Shown here piece by piece: positions 16,429-19,425 of a stretch of 19,425 nucleotides of DNA (its first letter is position 1; each line of letters begins with the position of its first letter). Source of the DNA: Rhodothermales bacterium. Its GTDB lineage: Bacteria > Bacteroidota > Rhodothermia > Rhodothermales > VXPQ01. The notes under the pieces are model-generated. The model did no database searches and was not told the DNA's origin. It worked only from the letters and a program-made list of their open reading frames with translations. Made by a program: the position numbers and the translations under genes. The stretch lies in the NCBI GenBank assembly GCA_040904565.1, contig JBBDTI010000022.1:5205-24629 (forward strand), given 5' to 3'.

Positions 16429-16986
16429 TCAGATCAGAAAGACGGAAAGATGGGCTGGAGAGAGAGGTGGGAGGGGCGGCGATCCGACCCGCGAAATAGG
16501 AATGCGCACCGTAGGAGGCCGCACTATGGCCTCGGCTACGAGCGCCGTCGTGGCCACCGGCACGACGCCCGCCTCTTCGTAGGCGAACTTTACCGGCGTG
16601 GCGGGACGGTCGAATATGGGCGACTCGAAGACGCAGCAGGATAGATTCGGCTGCGACGCATCCCCAGGAGCCGACTCGCTCGCTTCGTGGTGCATCCCAT
16701 GGCGCATCTCATTGCCCGACGCGTCGTGGTGCATCCCATGGCGCATCTCATTGCCCGGTGCTTCGTGGTGCATCGCATGGGCCGACGCGTCCACCTCACC
16801 AGGATGGTCGTCTTCGTCCGTCTCCTGATTGCAAACGGCAGCCGCCATACGGGGCTGGACAACGCACGCCGCGTGGACTACCGGCAGAATGACGAGCCAC
16901 AGCATGGCCGCGAGAGCGATGGAGGCCGCCCATCTATACGCTGCCGCTGTTTGGGCTGATCGATATGTCGCAAGGATACCTCGCAT
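16429..16986 (-). CDS. His/Met-rich exported leader-type protein with HxxC, CC and C-terminal PP motifs (DUF2946 / HYC_CC_PP-like)
   Basis: Hydrophobic segment WAASIALAAMLWLVILPVVHAAC, His/Met repeats, SCC, and the ending SPPLPPLSPAHLSVFLI*. It lies 122 nt upstream of tolC on the same strand. The start is uncertain: ATG 16986, or ATG 17070 / GTG 17073 overlapping the upstream stop. Confidence 0.65.
   Translation of the reverse strand: MRGILATYRSAQTAAAYRWAASIALAAMLWLVILPVVHAACVVQPRMAAAVCNQETDEDDHPGEVDASAHAMHHEAPGNEMRHGMHHDASGNEMRHGMHHEASESAPGDASQPNLSCCVFESPIFDRPATPVKFAYEEAGVVPVATTALVAEAIVRPPTVRIPISRVGSPPLPPLSPAHLSVFLI
16682..16780 (-). repeat. 39-bp tandem repeat, about 2.5 copies, encoding [PS]GNEMRHGMHH[DE]A
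   Basis: Units at 16682-16720 and 16721-16759, partial unit at 16760-16780. The core tcgtggtgcatcccatggcgcatctcattgcccg is identical in the two full copies. Confidence 0.93.
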
Positions 16987-17069
16987 TCGGACGCGTAACG
17001 AAACGACGGTCTCCAGGTTTCGTGCCCGCTCCCGTATCGCGTGGACATCACCGAACCCCCGGCGAAGCA

Positions 17070-17321
17070 TCACGCGGCCTGCATCCGCCGATAGACCCAG
17101 ATCAACAGCAGTCCGCCAACCACGGCGAGCATAAAGCTGCCGACGTTAAAGCCCGAGATGCCGCCCAGTCCGAAAAGCGACCCGATGAAGCCGCCCACGA
17201 CGGCACCCGCGATACCCAGAAGGATCGTTACGAACACACCGCCGGGATCGGATCCCGGCATGATCCATTTTGCGAGCGCACCGGCAATCAAGCCGAACAG
17301 GATCCAGGAGAGAATTCCCAT
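17070..17321 (-). CDS. GlsB/YeaQ/YmgE family (transglycosylase-associated) small membrane protein
   Basis: MGILSWILFGLIAGALAKWIMPGSDPGGVFVTILLGIAGAVVGGFIG..SFMLAVVGGLLLIWVYR, 83 aa. GAGGAAG SD upstream of ATG 17321. Confidence 0.9.
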   Translation of the reverse strand: MGILSWILFGLIAGALAKWIMPGSDPGGVFVTILLGIAGAVVGGFIGSLFGLGGISGFNVGSFMLAVVGGLLLIWVYRRMQAA

Positions 17322-17342
17322 GACGCTTCCTCGTAATTTGTG

Positions 17343-17348
17343 ATTGTA
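17343..17348 (-). promoter_or_regulatory. Possible -10 element (TACAAT) for the minus-strand glsB-like gene
   Basis: attgta on + reads TACAAT on -, about 21 nt upstream of the start codon in a relatively AT-rich divergent gap. No convincing -35 element. Confidence 0.3.
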
Positions 17349-17613
17349 TCGACGTGGGTCCATAAGTAACGGGATAAACGCCTGAAATAGCGTAACAGAC
17401 TCGTGCCGAATAGTGTGGATGCGGTGATCGCCGTTACATAGCCTCCTAAACTGATGGACGCGTATCGAGAATATTTCGCGGATCATTCCACCCCGATTGA
17501 AACCGTCCGATCAGACATCCTATTGAAGATGGGGGACGATGTAGCGCCGAAGCGCGACCGTCCCGCTGTCCAGTACTGGTCCCATGCCATCTATCTCCTC
17601 GAAACGGACGCCC

Positions 17614-19317
17614 ATGCCCGACACGGAAGTTACGAAGCTTAATACGTACAGCAGCCGGATCACCCAGCCGCTGAATCAGGGAATCTCTCAGGCCATGCTG
17701 TACGCCACGGGCCTGACGGAAGAAGACCTCGACAAGCCGCAGGTCGGCGTCGTCGCCAACTGGTGGGAAGGCAACCCATGCAACATGCATCTCAACAAAC
17801 TCGCGGCGCACGTCAAGGAGGGCGTCGTGGACGCGGACCTCGTGGGCATGCGCTTCAATACGATCGGCGTGTCGGACGGCATCAGCATGGGCACGGAGGG
17901 CATGAGCTATTCGCTCCAGTCTCGTGATTTGATTGCCGATTCGATCGAGACGGTCGTGGCGGCCCAGTGGTACGACGCTCTGATCGCCCTGCCGGGCTGT
18001 GATAAGAATATGCCGGGCTGTCTCATGGCGATGGGGCGGCTCAACCGCCCGTCCATCATGGTCTACGGCGGGACGATCCTCGCCGGGTGCACCCGGCTGT
18101 GGGGCGGGGAGCAGAAACGGGACGTCATTTCCGCCGCGCAGGCGTACGGCGAGTATCTGGCGGGCAAGATTACCGACGAGGAGCGCAAGATCATCATCAA
18201 GAATGCGTGTCCGGGTGCCGGCGCGTGCGGCGGCATGTATACGGCCAACACGATGGCCAGTGCGGCGGAGGCCCTCGGCATGTCGCTGCCGTATTCCTCC
18301 TCCACGCCGGCCGAGTATGACGAGAAGGTCGACGAATGCCGGCGGGCCGGATCCGCCATCCGGACGCTGCTGGAGTTGGACCTGAAGCCGCGCGACATCA
18401 TGACGCGCGCGGCCTTCGAAAATGCCATGGTCGTCGTCATGGCGCTCGGAGGTTCGACCAACGCCGTTCTCCACCTGCTCGCCATCGCACGGGCGGTCGG
18501 TGTGGATCTATCGATGGAAGACTTTCAGTCCGTCAGCGACCGCGTACCGTTTCTGGCCGACCTCAAGCCCAGCGGGCGCTACGTCATGGCCGATCTGCAC
18601 GGGATCGGCGGAACGCCGGCCGTGATGAAGTACCTGCTCGGTGAAGGCCTCCTCGATGGAAGCTGCATCACGGTGACGGGAAAGACGCTCGCAGAAAATC
18701 TCGCCGACGTGGACGGACTGGCAGACGGACAGGATATCGTCCGCCCGCTATCCGATCCGCTCAAGAAGACCGGACACCTGACGATCCTTTCGGGGAATCT
18801 GGCCCCGAAGGGTGCCGTGGCGAAGATCACCGGCAAGGAGGGAACGTACTTCAAGGGACCCGCCCGCGTATTCGACGCGGAGGAAGACATGCTCCGCGGG
18901 CTCGAAAACGATCAGATCAGGAAGGGAGACGTGGTCATCATCCGTTATGAAGGCCCTAAAGGCGGACCCGGCATGCCGGAAATGCTCACACCCACTTCCG
19001 CCATTATGGGAGCCGGGATGGGCAAGGACGTCGCGCTGCTGACGGACGGGCGGTTCAGCGGCGGCTCGCACGGATTCATCATCGGACACATCTGCCCCGA
19101 GGCGCAGGATGGCGGTCCCATCGCGTTCGTCCGGGACGGCGACGTCGTTACGATAGATGCCGACAACCGATCTATCGATGTGGACGTCAGCGAAGGGGAA
19201 ATGAATCGCCGTAAAGCGGACTGGTCCGCTCCGGCCTACAAGGCCACGCGCGGGACGCTTCGCAAGTACATCAAATGCGTGAGGCCGGCCGACGTGGGAT
19301 GCGTCACGGACGAGTGA
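17614..19317 (+). CDS. ilvD: Dihydroxy-acid dehydratase
   Basis: [92 protein letters not shown]. Start at 17614 preferred; 17584 is an alternative. Confidence 0.96.
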   Translation: MPDTEVTKLNTYSSRITQPLNQGISQAMLYATGLTEEDLDKPQVGVVANWWEGNPCNMHLNKLAAHVKEGVVDADLVGMRFNTIGVSDGISMGTEGMSYSLQSRDLIADSIETVVAAQWYDALIALPGCDKNMPGCLMAMGRLNRPSIMVYGGTILAGCTRLWGGEQKRDVISAAQAYGEYLAGKITDEERKIIIKNACPGAGACGGMYTANTMASAAEALGMSLPYSSSTPAEYDEKVDECRRAGSAIRTLLELDLKPRDIMTRAAFENAMVVVMALGGSTNAVLHLLAIARAVGVDLSMEDFQSVSDRVPFLADLKPSGRYVMADLHGIGGTPAVMKYLLGEGLLDGSCITVTGKTLAENLADVDGLADGQDIVRPLSDPLKKTGHLTILSGNLAPKGAVAKITGKEGTYFKGPARVFDAEEDMLRGLENDQIRKGDVVIIRYEGPKGGPGMPEMLTPTSAIMGAGMGKDVALLTDGRFSGGSHGFIIGHICPEAQDGGPIAFVRDGDVVTIDADNRSIDVDVSEGEMNRRKADWSAPAYKATRGTLRKYIKCVRPADVGCVTDE

Positions 19318-19425
19318 GAGGAAGCCGAGGTTGCGGCAGCAGGGTGGCCGCTCTGCCTGCGCCCGCGGCCCTATATGCGCTCGTACGTTACGAACCGAAA
19401 CCCATCGTGCCGCTCCTCGAACGCC

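Noticed and set aside
16682-16780. 39-bp repeats as a CRISPR array
   Set aside because: The units are head to tail with no spacers, are in frame within a CDS, and no cas genes are present.
17322-17613. Ile/Leu/Val attenuator leader upstream of ilvD
   Set aside because: I found no short ORF rich in branched-chain codons and no terminator hairpin.
17446-18474. 342-aa minus-strand ORF
   Set aside because: Antisense shadow of ilvD.
19318-19425. Terminator after ilvD
   Set aside because: Only an imperfect GC-rich hairpin with no U-tract, and the window ends shortly after.
1-19425. Metal locus as a mobile genomic island
   Set aside because: No integrase, transposase, tRNA, terminal repeats or visible compositional shift relative to ilvD.

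Overview
High-GC bacterial DNA, most likely Rhodothermota or a related FCB-group lineage. The cues are a T9SS C-terminal sorting domain of the 'LEQNYPNPFNPST' type, Gln at +1 after three signal peptides, and acidic, Lys-poor exported proteins. The window looks like a copper/heavy-metal handling locus with three modules. (1) On +: a 5'-truncated FecR anti-sigma factor, an STN-type TonB-dependent transducer, and a secreted protein built from six tandem CHRD domains plus a T9SS sorting domain, closed by a clear intrinsic terminator. (2) A divergent pair: a DUF975/YciC-like membrane protein (-), and a lipoprotein followed by a P1B ATPase with an unusual CSC/YN/QSLPD membrane site (+). (3) On -, converging on the ATPase: a His/Met-repeat protein with CC and PP motifs, then TolC/CusC, CusB and CusA, with a GlsB/YeaQ/YmgE gene upstream. 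Housekeeping ilvD ends the window. The strongest candidates for new biology are the 6xCHRD T9SS cargo behind a cell-surface signalling pair, a possible ribosome-stalling metal-sensing leader with a switchable RNA pairing upstream of cusCBA, and the poorly characterised CSC-type ATPase. I saw no RNA genes, CRISPR arrays or mobile elements. Family calls come from motif recognition by eye; no searches were run.
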